This document shows positions 1-11,903 of a stretch of DNA of 64,000 nt, one piece after another; positions within the stretch are counted from its first letter, which is position 1, and each line of letters starts with the position of its first letter. Source of the DNA: an uncultured Chloroflexia bacterium (lineage in GTDB: Bacteria > Chloroflexota > Limnocylindria > QHBO01); contig CAWFCQ010000008.1 of the NCBI GenBank assembly GCA_963814375.1, forward strand, positions 493,519 to 557,518, in the 5' to 3' direction. A program made the position numbers and the translations under genes. Below the pieces are notes generated by a model. It was not told the DNA's origin, searched no databases, and saw only the letters and a list, made by a program, of their open reading frames with translations.

Positions 1-1188
1 GCCGGCATCAGCCGGGAGCTGGTCCGGTCGGAGCGCCTCGCGGACGCGATGAACGTCGTGACGCCGGCGCCTGGTCGAGGAGACGATGATGGAGCGCGTC
101 TGGATCGGTCTGGGGCGGACCGTCGCGACCGAGCGCGTCGCAGGAGACTCCGGTCCGGGACGAGCCCCTGCCCGTCCACCACGGATCGCATCACGTCCTC
201 CAGCGCGATCGTGCCGAGGGGTCGACAACGTGGACCCGCATCCATCCGGCGGCAGGGACGCGCGTGCCGACCGGAGTCGCCGCCCGCCCGCGGCCTCTAC
301 CGCATCGAGCTGCGCGCCGGCGACGATGTCATCGGATCGCTGTGGGCACGTCCGAGGCACCGACGGAGCAGCCGCACGTCGAGGAGAGCCGGTTGCTTGC
401 CGCGGCCGCCGATCAGATGGGGGCGGCGGTCCGCCGTGATCGGCTCCTGGCGCAGGCTGCCGAGCTCGAGATCGCCCGACGCAGCGACGAGCTGAAGTCG
501 GCCCTCGTCGACTCGGTCTCGCACGACCTCCGCACGCCGCTTGCGACGATCCGCGCGGCCGCCGGGAGCCTGGCGGACCCGACGATCGACCTGCCGGCCG
601 ATGAGCGACGCGCCATCGCGGCGGCGATCGACGCCGAGGCGGCTCGCCTCAACCTCCTCGTCGGTGACCTGCTCGACATGAGCCGCATTCAGGGCGGCGC
701 GCTCGTTCCGGACATCGAGGTCATCCCGCTCGCGGAGCTCGTCGGTCCCGCCGTCGAGCGCGCCTCGGCCGCGGTCGACAACCGGCCGATACAGGTCGAC
801 CTGCCGGACGACCTGCCGGAGGTCCAGGCCGATGCGGCACTCCTCGACCAGGTCGTGTCGAACCTGCTCGACAACGCGGTCAAGTACGCGGGCGACGATG
901 CGCCGATCCGTCTGACCGCCGAGGCGCTCGCCGATGACAGGGTCTCCCTGACGGTCGAGGACGGAGGGCCGGGCGTGCCGGACAACGCGCTCGCGACGAT
1001 CTTCGAGCGATTCGCCCGCATCGATCGGCCCGAGGATCGCGCACGTCGGGGCTTCGGGCTGGGCCTCGCGGTCGTTCGCGGGCTGGTCGAAGCGATGGGC
1101 GGATCGGTCCGGGCGGCGCGGAGCGAGATGGGCGGGCTCGCGGTCACGGTGACGCTTCCGGCGCACGCGGCCGCCGACGGTCTCGTGA
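1..1188 (+). CDS. kdpD: KdpD-type sensor histidine kinase, C-terminal part (5'-truncated by the window, frameshifted near the start)
   Basis: HisKA box SVSHDLRTPL, N box NLLDNAVKY, G boxes DGGPG and GFGLGLAV; adjacent to kdpE and kdpFABC. The end is inferred from the GTGA overlap at 1185-1188 because the ORF track runs it into kdpE. Confidence 0.8.
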
Positions 1189-1919
1189 CAGCGGACGGGG
1201 CGCCGCGCCTCCTGCTGGTCGAGGACGACCACGCGACCCGTGGAGCGCTTGCGACGAACCTGCGCGGACACGACTACCGCGTGACTGAGGCAGCAGACGG
1301 CGAAGAGGCGTTGCGATCCTGGGAGCAGGGGCGCCCGGACCTCATCCTGCTCGATCTCGGCCTTCCGGGCATCGACGGCCTCTCCGTCGTCCAACGCGTG
1401 CGTCGCGACGCGACGACGCCGATCATCGTGCTCTCGGCCCGGGACCAGGAGCGCGACAAGGTCGCGGCACTCGATGCGGGCGCCGATGACTACCTCACCA
1501 AGCCGTTCGGCATGGAGGAGCTCCATGCGCGCGTGCGCGCTGCGCTCCGGCGGGCGCTCGCTCCGGCGGCGGCACCGGATGGCCGCGTGCTGCTCGGGCC
1601 GCTGGCCCTGGATCCGGCACGCCGCCGGGTCGCGGTGGCCGAGCGCGAGGTGCATCTCACGCCCCGCGAGTACGAGCTGCTCAAGACGCTGCTGGCCAAC
1701 ACCGGCCGTGTGGTTGGGCGCGGGCGGCTCCTGCGCGCGGTGTGGGGGACCGACTACGTCCACGAGGGTCACTACCTCCACGTCCACGTCGCCGCCATCC
1801 GGCGCAAGCTCGCCGCGGCCGACGAGACCGGGGTCCTGCGCGGCTTGATCGTCGCCGAGCCAGGCGTCGGTTACCGCGTGCGTGACGCCGAAGAGCTGGG
1901 GATCGCCGCGGGATCTTGA
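1185..1919 (+). CDS. kdpE: OmpR-family response regulator KdpE
   Basis: REC domain (LLVEDD, DLGLPGIDG, KVAALDAGADDYLTKPFG) plus winged helix (LTPREYELL, EPGVGYR); in-frame GTG at 1185. Confidence 0.88.
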   Translation: MTADGAPRLLLVEDDHATRGALATNLRGHDYRVTEAADGEEALRSWEQGRPDLILLDLGLPGIDGLSVVQRVRRDATTPIIVLSARDQERDKVAALDAGADDYLTKPFGMEELHARVRAALRRALAPAAAPDGRVLLGPLALDPARRRVAVAEREVHLTPREYELLKTLLANTGRVVGRGRLLRAVWGTDYVHEGHYLHVHVAAIRRKLAAADETGVLRGLIVAEPGVGYRVRDAEELGIAAGS

Positions 1920-1945
1920 GCGCTTCTTGAGCGCCTGCTGACCGC
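1914..1945 (+). promoter_or_regulatory. Candidate KdpE binding site: three direct repeats at an 11-bp period
   Basis: TCTTGAGCGC at 1914 and 1925, TGCTGACCGC at 1936; upstream of a weak -10 (CAGTGT, 1978-1983) and the kdp operon; geometry typical of OmpR/PhoB-family sites. Confidence 0.6.
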
Positions 1946-1989
1946 TCGGGTGGCCGCTGCCTCTTGGGCCGTCGCGTCAGTGTGGACTC

Positions 1990-2238
1990 ATGGTTGATAC
2001 AGCGGCCGACGAGGTCGCCCACATCGGAGAGGCACTGGCATCGGTCCGTGCCGCCGTCGACGTCGTGGCCAGCGGCGCCGCCCGCCGGGTCGTCGTGCAT
2101 GCCATCACGTGCGAGCAGATTCTCCCGGCGGCGCGCGCCCTCGCGCGCACCGCGCGGGTCGACATCGAGCCGATCTGGTGGACCGATGACGCGGGCTGCG
2201 ACATCGTCGTCAGCTCGCGCTCCGCGCCGGATGAGTGA
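1990..2238 (+). CDS. Hypothetical 82-aa protein, first gene of the kdp operon
   Basis: Clean ORF with GC-rich third positions; overlaps the start of the next gene; -10-like hexamer 6 nt before the ATG. Confidence 0.65.
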   Translation: MVDTAADEVAHIGEALASVRAAVDVVASGAARRVVVHAITCEQILPAARALARTARVDIEPIWWTDDAGCDIVVSSRSAPDE

Positions 2239-2602
2239 CCCTGGCGAGGTCCTCCTCGTCGAGGATGACGCGCTCCTCGCTGGCATCGTCCAGCGGTACC
2301 TCGACGCCCACGGACACCCGACGCGGGTCGTCGGCACCGCCGAAGAGGCGGACGACGTCATCCGCACCGACCCGCCCTCACTCGTCCTCGTCGACGTGAA
2401 TCTACCCGGCGAGACCGGCTGGTCGGTGCTGCGCTCAGCGGCCATGTGCGCCCCCGATGCGCCCCCAGCCGTGATCGTCAGTGCCGGCATCGTGAACCCC
2501 CGTCGGCTCCGGGAGTCGGGGGCGGCCGGCTACCTGCCGAAACCCTTTCCCCTCGAGACCCTTCTCGCGACGGTCCGTCGCTTCACCAGCGGGTGGCCGT
2601 GA
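2231..2602 (+). CDS. Single-domain response regulator (CheY-like REC)
   Basis: VLLVEDD, LVLVDVNLPGETG, VIVSA and YLPKPF motifs all present; no output domain. Confidence 0.85.
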   Translation: MSDPGEVLLVEDDALLAGIVQRYLDAHGHPTRVVGTAEEADDVIRTDPPSLVLVDVNLPGETGWSVLRSAAMCAPDAPPAVIVSAGIVNPRRLRESGAAGYLPKPFPLETLLATVRRFTSGWP

Positions 2603-2691
2603 TGGATGACATCCTGCTCATCGGTCTCGTGCTCGTGCTGGGGCTCGTCTTCATCGGCTACGTCGCGCTCTGCGAGCGCCTCGCTCGATGA
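2602..2691 (+). CDS. Small hydrophobic Kdp-associated peptide (29 aa)
   Basis: MDDILLIGLVLVLGLVFIGYVALCERLAR; one TM helix with a YxxxCxxL tail; TGATG and ATGA coupling on both sides. Confidence 0.7.
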   Translation: MDDILLIGLVLVLGLVFIGYVALCERLAR

Positions 2692-2777
2692 GCCTCATCG
2701 ACGTCGTCGCGGCCGTCGTCGCGGCTGGGCTGCTCGTGTACCTCGTCGTGGCGCTGCTTCGCGCCGAGGAGCTCTGA
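2688..2777 (+). CDS. kdpF: K+-transporting ATPase subunit F
   Basis: Translated by hand as MSLIDVVAAVVAAGLLVYLVVALLRAEEL; YLxxALLxxE tail; directly before kdpA. Confidence 0.88.
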   Translation: MSLIDVVAAVVAAGLLVYLVVALLRAEEL

Positions 2778-2779
2778 CC

Positions 2780-4498
2780 GTGGCCGGCCTCGTTCCGGAT
2801 CTCGTCGAGACGCTCACGCTGCTGCTGATCGTCGGGGTCCTCGCCGTGCCGCTCGGCGGGTACATCGCGCGCGTGCTCTCCGGGGAGCGCACCGTTCCTC
2901 TCACCGGTGCTCGCTCCGGTCGAGCGGGGGATCTACCGCGTGCTCGGGGTCGATCCCGAGCGCGAGCAGCGATGGACCGCGTACGCGGTCTCCGTCCTCC
3001 TGTTCGCCGTCGCGTCGATCGTCGGGCTCTACCTCATGCAGCGGCTCCAGGGCCTGCTGCCGTTCAACCCGGCGGGGTTCGAGGGAGTGGCGCCCGACCT
3101 CGCCTTCAACACCGCCATCAGCTTCGTGACGAACACGAACTGGCAGGCGTATTCGGGCGAGTCGACGATGTCGCACGCCACCCAGGTCGCCGGCCTCGCG
3201 GTCCAGAACTTCGTCTCGGCCGCGACCGGGATCGCCGTCGCGATCGCCCTGACCCGCGGCCTCGCACGGCGAAGCCAGGAGACCATCGGCAACTTCTGGG
3301 TCGACCTGACCCGCTCGACCCTCTACATCCTCCTGCCGATCGCCTTCGTCGCCGCGATCGTTCTGGTCAGCCAGGGCGTGATCCAGACCTGGTCCGGGCC
3401 GGTCGACGGTCACCACGCTGCAGGGCTCCGAGCAGACGCTGGCCGTCGGGCCGCTCGCCGGCCACGAGGCGATCAAGGATCTCGGCACGAACGGCGGCGG
3501 GCCGTTCAATGCCAACTCCGCCCATCCCTTCGAGAGCCCGAACGGATTCACGAACTGGTTCGAGATCGTCCTCCTGCTCGTCATCCCGTTTGCCCTGACG
3601 AACACCTATGGGCGCCTCGTCGGGGATCGCGCGCCAGGGATGGGTCCTCTTCGCGGCGATGATGTCGGTCCTCGTCGTCGCCATCGGCGTCGCCGCGTTC
3701 GTCGAGCTCGGAGGGAACACGCTCTTCCCGACGCGATGTCATGCAGGCCGCCGGCAACATGGAGGGCAAGGAGGCCCGCTTCGGCTCGTTCGTGAGCGGC
3801 ACGTTCGCCGCCTCCACGACGGGGACGAGCACGGGATCGGTCAACTCGATGCACGCCAGCTTCGTCCCGATCGCGGGGATGGTCCCGATGGCGCTCATGC
3901 TCCTCGGCGAGGTCACGCCCGGCGGCGTCGGCGCGGGCCTCTACGGGATCCTCATCTTCGTCATCCTCGCCGTCTTCATCGCCGGCCTCATGGTCGGGCG
4001 CACGCCTGAGTACCTGGGCAAGAAGATCGAGGCGTTCGAGATGAAGATGGTGCTCCTCGCCGTCCTCGCGACTGCGACAAGCATCCTCTTCTTCAGCGCG
4101 CTCGCATCGGTCACGACCGATGGCCTCGCCGGCCCGGCGAACGTCCGGGCCGCACGGCTTCAGCGAGATTCTCTACGCGTTCACCAGCCAATCGGCCAAC
4201 AACGGATCGTGCTTCTGCAGCCTGAGCGCGAACAGCGGGTACTACAACATCACGGGCGGCCTCGCCCTCTTCATCGGCCGGTTCGCGACGATCGTGCCGA
4301 TTCTGGCGATCGCCGGGTCGATGGTCGGGAAGCGCAGCGTCGCGCCGTCGCTGGGCACCTTCCCGACGACCGGGCCGCTCTTCGTCGGGCTCCTCGTCGC
4401 GACGATCGTGATCGTCGGCGCGCTCACGTTCTTCCCGGCCCTCGCGCTCGGCCCGATCGTCGAGCAGCTGCATCCTCGAGAGCGGGAGGCTCCTCTAG
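2780..4498 (+). CDS. kdpA: K+-transporting ATPase subunit A (several frameshifts)
   Basis: [59 protein letters not shown] and [14 protein letters not shown] spread over several frames. Confidence 0.92.
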
Positions 4499-4503
4499 GT
4501 CCG

Positions 4504-6679
<2,176 letters not shown>

Positions 6680-6688
6680 GGAGACCGA

Positions 6689-7263
6689 GTGATCACCATC
6701 CTTCGCACCCAGCTCTGGCCGGCGATCGGCGCGCTGCTGCTGCTGACGCTGCTGACCGGCGTGCTGTACCCCGCGGCGGTCACGCTCGTCGGCCAGGTCG
6801 CCTTCAACGACCAGGCCAATGGCTCGCTGATCGAGGTCAACGGCGCCGCGGTCGGCTCGGCCCTCATCGGTCAGTCCTTCGACGACCCGACGTACTTCTG
6901 GTCGCGGCCATCCGCGGCCGGCGACGGCTACGACGGCCTCGCCTCGTCCGGTTCGAACCTGGCGCCGACGAGCGCGGACGCTGCTCGCGCGGATCACTGC
7001 CGAGGTCGAGCGGCTTCAGGACCGCTCACGGCGACGCGCCGATCCCGGTCGACCTGGTGACCACGTCCGCCTCGGGCCTCGACCCGCACATCAGCGTCGA
7101 CGCGGCCGAGTACCAGGCGGCGCGGGTCGCCGAGACGCGAGGGCTCGAGCCTCGACGACGTGACGGCGGCCATCGATCGGCACACCGACCAGCCGTTGCT
7201 CGGCTTCCTCGGCGAGCCGGTCGTGAACGTGCTCGGATCTCAACCTCGACCTCGACGGGCTGA
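6689..7263 (+). CDS. kdpC: K+-transporting ATPase subunit C (frameshifted)
   Basis: [45 protein letters not shown]. Confidence 0.9.
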
Positions 7264-7266
7264 CCG

Positions 7267-8451
7267 ATGACTGACGACGTGCGGGAGGGCCGCCCAACCG
7301 GCGACGAGATGCTTCGGCGCCTCGAGACCGGAGGGCGAGGTCGCGCACCAGGGGCAGGCTCCGCGTCTACCTCGGCATGGCGCCCGGCGTCGGGAAGACC
7401 TTCGAGATGCTCCAGGAGGCGCATCGGCGTGTGCCCGCGGCACCGACCTCGTCGTCGGCTTCGTCGAAGCGCACGGCAGGCCGCGGACCGAGGAGCTGCT
7501 CGACGGTCTCGAGATCCTCCCGCGCGCGCGCATCGAGTACCGAGGCGTGACGCTGGAGGAGATGGACACCGATGCGGTGATCGCGCGAAAGCCGGCGGTC
7601 GCGCTCGTGGACGAGCTGGCCCACACGAACGCGCCGGGCTCACCGCGAGCGAAGCGCTGGGAGGACGTCGAGCTGATCCGGGATGCCGGGATCGACGTCG
7701 TCAGCACCTGCAACGTCCAGCACCTGGAGTCTGTCGCCGATGCGGTCGCGACGATCATTGGCGCGCCCGTGCACGAGCGACTCCCCGACGAGGTCCTGCT
7801 TGCCGCGGACGAGATCGAGCTAGTCGACATGAGCCCGCGCGCCCTCCGTCAGCGGCTGCGTCACGGCAACGTGTACGGCGCGGACCGCGCACAGACTGCG
7901 CTCGATCGCTTCTTCACCGAGGCCAATCTCACGGCGCTGCGCGAGCTCGCGCTGCGGTACACGGCCGAGCGCGTCGACGCGCAGCTCGAGGGGATCATGG
8001 CGCAGCGCGTCGATACCGCCTCGTGGCCGGTCCGCGAGCGGCTGCTCCTGGTGGTGGACCACCGGAAGTCGTCGCTGGTCGCGGCCCGTCGTGCCGCGAG
8101 CCTCGCCGCTGCCCTGCGCGCGCCGCTGATCGTCGTCGCCGCCGAGCCCGAGACCGCCGAGCGACTCCCGCGCGACAAGGCGCAGGACATCCGTGAGCAT
8201 CTCGAGTTCGCCGAGGAGCTCGGCGCAACGGTCGTGCATCCCGAGGCGCAGCGCACCGATCGACCGCATCGCCGAGGTGGCCCGAGACCGCCATTCGACC
8301 CAGCTCATCCTCGGCCCGCGATCTCGCGGCGGACCGCCCCGGCCTGATGCGGCGAAGCTTCGCGGACGAGCTCGAGCGCCGACTGCCGGACCTGGAGCTG
8401 CATCTCATCCGCGCGCCCGATCGGCAATCCGAAGCTGGCTCGCCAGAGTGA
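7267..8451 (+). CDS. Stand-alone KdpD N-terminal domain plus Usp domain protein (frameshifted)
   Basis: YLGMAPGVGKT Walker-like motif, ALVDELAHTN, NVQHLES, NLTALRELAL, then Usp-like RERLLLVVD; no TM helices or kinase domain. Confidence 0.85.
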
Positions 8452-8461
8452 GTGGCCCGGC

Positions 8462-10512
8462 GTGACTGAGCGCGGCAAGATCGCCCCAGCGGAAGATCGA
8501 CGCGCGCCTCGAGGTGCGGGAGGAGCGACGAGGGCGCAGGCCGGGCGATGCGTACGTCAGGATCGTGCGTCCGTACGACGAGATCTTCGAGCGCGGCGAC
8601 GAGGGCGGGCTCGTCGCGACGGAGCGGACCGTCCTGGATCGGCCCGGCTGGACCCGAGTCCTGCGCCGCGTCCGGACGGTCCTCATCGGCCGGCCGATCA
8701 GCAGCGAGCGCGAGGAGCACGAGCGCCTCACCAAGCTGAAGGCGCTGGCCATCTTCAGCAGCGACAACATCAGCTCGTCGGCCTACGCGACCGAGGAGAT
8801 GATGCGGATCCTCGTCATCGCCGGCATCGGCGCGATCAGCCTGACCATGCCGCTCACGATCGCGATCTGCACCGTCCTCGCGATCGTCGCGACCAGCTAC
8901 TGGCAGACGATCCGCGCGTATCCGAAGGGCGCGAGCAGCTACCTCGTGGCGAGCGACAACCTCGGGTCGACCGCCGGCCTGGTGGCGGGCGCGTCGCTGC
9001 TGATCGACTACACCCTGACCGTGGCGGTCTCGGTCTCCGCGGCGGTCGCGGCGATCACCTCGGTCGTCCCGGAGCTGTTCCCCGAACGGGTGCTGATCGC
9101 GGTGCTCATCGTGCTCGTCCTGATGCTCGGGAACCTGCGCGGCATCCGGGAGTCGGGCACGATCTTCATGGCGCCGACCTACCTGTACATCGGCGCCATC
9201 CTCGCGATGGTCGGCATCGGCGTGGCGCGATGGGCGACCGGCAGCCTCCCGGACTACACGCCGCCCACCGAGTGGCTGACCGCCGAATCCGGTGGCGAGG
9301 CGCTCGGCATCTTCCTCATCCTGCGCGCATTCAGCTCGGGCGCTGCGGCGCTGACCGGCGTCGAGGCGATCTCGGACGGCGTCCCGGCCTTCAAGCCGCC
9401 GGAGTGGAGGAACGCCCGGATCACGCTCGTCTGGGCCGCTGCGATCTTCGCCGCGCTCTTCCTGGGCATCAGCTTCATGGCTTCAGACGCTCGGGATCGT
9501 GCCCGACCCGACCGAGGAGCAGACGGTCCTGTCGCAGATCGCGCGGCTGCTGTTCGGCGACGGGTTCTTCTTCATCGTCATCCAGGTCGCGACCGTTCTC
9601 GTCCTGGCGTTGGCCGCGAACACCGCGTTCGCCGACTTCCCGCGCCTCTCATCGTTCATGGCGCGCGACAGCTTCATGCCACGCCAGTTCGCGTTCCGCG
9701 GCGAGCGCCTGGCATTCACCACCGGCATCGTCGCGCTGTCCGGACTGGCCGCGCTGCTGCTCGTCGTCTTCGGCGCGAGCGTCACGGCGCTGATCCCGCT
9801 CTACACGCTCGGTGTCTTCCTGGCCTTCACGCTGTCGCAGTCGAGCATGGTCGTGCGCTGGTGGCAGCGCCGCGAGGCCGGCTGGCGGCGGGGGCTCGTC
9901 ATCAACGGGCTTGGCGCGCTCACGACCGGGGTCATCGCGCTCATCGTCGTCGAGAGCAAGTTCCTGGCAGGCGCGTGGATGGTCGTGCTCGCCATCCCGC
10001 TGCTGGTGCTCCTGATGCTCGCCATCCGCGGGCACTACCGCGCCGTGGACGCGGGACTCAAGCTGGCGCGCATCCCGGCGGGCGGACGCGCCGCCGAGAA
10101 GCCGATGGTGATCGTGCCGATCGCCCGCCTCGACGAGCCGGCGCGCCAGGCGATCGCCTTCGCCAACTCGATCTCGACCGATGCCACCGCGGTCCACGTC
10201 ACGAACGATGCCGACGGCGCCGACGAGTTCCGGCGGCAGTGGCCGGAGTGGTCGGGCGGCGCCGAGCTCGTCGTCATCGAGTCACCGTATCGCGCGCTCA
10301 TCGGCCCGCTGCTGGCGTACCTCGACGTCCTCCAGCGACACGACCCGGATCGGCCCGTGCTCGTCGTGCTCTCCGAGTTCGTGCCGCGCCACTGGTGGGA
10401 GAACCTCTTGCACAACCAGACCGCTCTGCGTCTGAAGCTGCGGCTCTTCACGCGGCCGAACACCATCGTCGCCGACGTTCCGTATCATCTGAGCAGGCCA
10501 AGATCGGACTGA
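8462..10512 (+). CDS. kimA: APC-superfamily K+ transporter, KimA/YdaO-like (frameshifted)
   Basis: SSDNISSSAYATEE, GASLLIDYTLTVAVS, ALTGVEAISDGV, ANTAFADFPRL and C-terminal WWENLLHNQTA; frame changes near 8500 and 9490. Confidence 0.8.
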
Positions 10513-10546
10513 CTTTGCCGATACGGTCGCGGTCGCGGTCCTATAC

Positions 10547-10750
10547 ATGGCCGATGCCGCCAAGCCCGACGGCTGGGAGCTTATGGGGCTTCGCCGCACA
10601 TCAGCAGGTCTTGCGACGGCAGCTCGGTCCGACAGATGGCTTGCCGAGGCGTGCGGCCCCGCTGATGGGTGCGTCCGCATCGAGTCGCATTCCGCGGAGG
10701 ACGCCCTCCAACAGCTCACGACGCGACTCCGCGAGCTCCCGAACGGCTGA
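10547..10750 (+). CDS. Hypothetical 67-aa protein
   Basis: Short ORF with plausible composition that fills the gap after kimA. Confidence 0.4.
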   Translation: MADAAKPDGWELMGLRRTSAGLATAARSDRWLAEACGPADGCVRIESHSAEDALQQLTTRLRELPNG

Positions 10751-10815
10751 CTCACCGCCCCCGAGTCTCCGACCGTTCAGCGTCTAGCAACTTACAAGGG
10801 CCGCTTACCGGCGGC

Positions 10816-11349
10816 TTATCGGCCCTCGAACGCCGCCGTACACGCACGGATGTAGTCGGCGTCCGTCCGATAATCTTCCCGGAGATCCCAGATCGGGAGG
10901 TTCCCGTCGGGACCTAGCAGGAACTCGGTCCCAAGTTCGACGGCCTTGGCTTCGATGACCGTAACCCCGGTCTCGTGCCAACACCAATCGGCCTCGTCCC
11001 GGGTGAGCGGCCCTGAGTCGCTGAGATCGCCAATGGCTACGGTCTCCTCTAATACCGCCCGGCATGCCCGCTGGTAGTCCGGATGCGCCTGCTGCTCCTC
11101 GCGCGGAGGGTTCCCAACCAACCACGGTGCTGTGGACATCAGCTCCAGCGTCACCGCCGACCTAGTTACGGCCTCAGCGTTGGCCTGACACCACACCCAG
11201 GCCGCATCGGACAGAGACGTGCACGCGGACAGGAAGACTACGAACGCGGCGGATTGCCACCAGCGACGTGAACCATGTTGCCGGCGCATGATCTTCCGGT
11301 GCGACATGCCTTGAAGACCGGTCCTCGCCGTCGCCGTCCTCTCGGCCAT
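10816..11349 (-). CDS. Putative lipoprotein with two internal Cys-containing repeats
   Basis: Lipobox VFLSAC after SRRWW; two WC...DYxRAC units; TAGTCT -10 6 nt before the ATG. Confidence 0.7.
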   Translation of the reverse strand: MAERTATARTGLQGMSHRKIMRRQHGSRRWWQSAAFVVFLSACTSLSDAAWVWCQANAEAVTRSAVTLELMSTAPWLVGNPPREEQQAHPDYQRACRAVLEETVAIGDLSDSGPLTRDEADWCWHETGVTVIEAKAVELGTEFLLGPDGNLPIWDLREDYRTDADYIRACTAAFEGR

Positions 11350-11465
11350 GCGGGCAGACTAGCGGCTGGATTGCTACACGGCCGTGAGCACGATGCGCCG
11401 GAGAACTTCTGCCCAACCTGCGGCGTGGCTCACATCGACACGCAACGCTCATAGAAAGGCAGTCG

Positions 11466-11648
11466 ATGGGCAAGGTCGTCCGCCGACTCGGGATAACCTT
11501 CGGCTCGTTCGTGATCGCGTGGCTCGCGGTCTACCTCGTGGCCGAATGGCTCTTCGGCTCGGGCAACATTCTCGTCTGGGCGTTAGCCGCTATCGTCGCT
11601 GCCGGCATCTACCTCGAGCTCCTGCGGCGAGACCGGCGCGCGGGCTAG
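11466..11648 (+). CDS. Small two-TM membrane protein
   Basis: 60 aa, two hydrophobic helices with basic flanks; AGAAAGG upstream. Confidence 0.65.
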   Translation: MGKVVRRLGITFGSFVIAWLAVYLVAEWLFGSGNILVWALAAIVAAGIYLELLRRDRRAG

Positions 11649-11789
11649 CGCCCTTTGGATCGGTCGCTCTGCTAATCGTATTCGGCCATGTTGATCCTCT
11701 TCGCGGGCCGCGTAGAGAACACCGGATCAGCGGTCCGGTGCGCCATCCGTGCGCGGTGCGGGCCGGTCGGAAGTGGGCCACCCGCTGCG

Positions 11790-11876
11790 TGGTGCCGGGG
11801 GTGGGACTTGAACCCACACGGGATTTCTCCCATCGGTGTTTGAGACCGACGCGTCTGCCGATTCCGCCACCCCGGC
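11790..11876 (-). tRNA. tRNA-Leu(CAA)
   Basis: Reverse complement folds as a cloverleaf: anticodon arm TCGGT-CT-CAA-AC-ACCGA, long variable arm, GGTTCAAGTCC, CCA end; TATAAT upstream. Confidence 0.96.
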
Positions 11877-11903
11877 GAGGGGAGCCGTCATTATAGAAAT
11901 CGG

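Noticed and set aside
8440-8470. c-di-AMP (ydaO) riboswitch before kimA
   Set aside because: Only about 10 nt of intergenic space, and no recognisable aptamer ahead of the kdp operon either.
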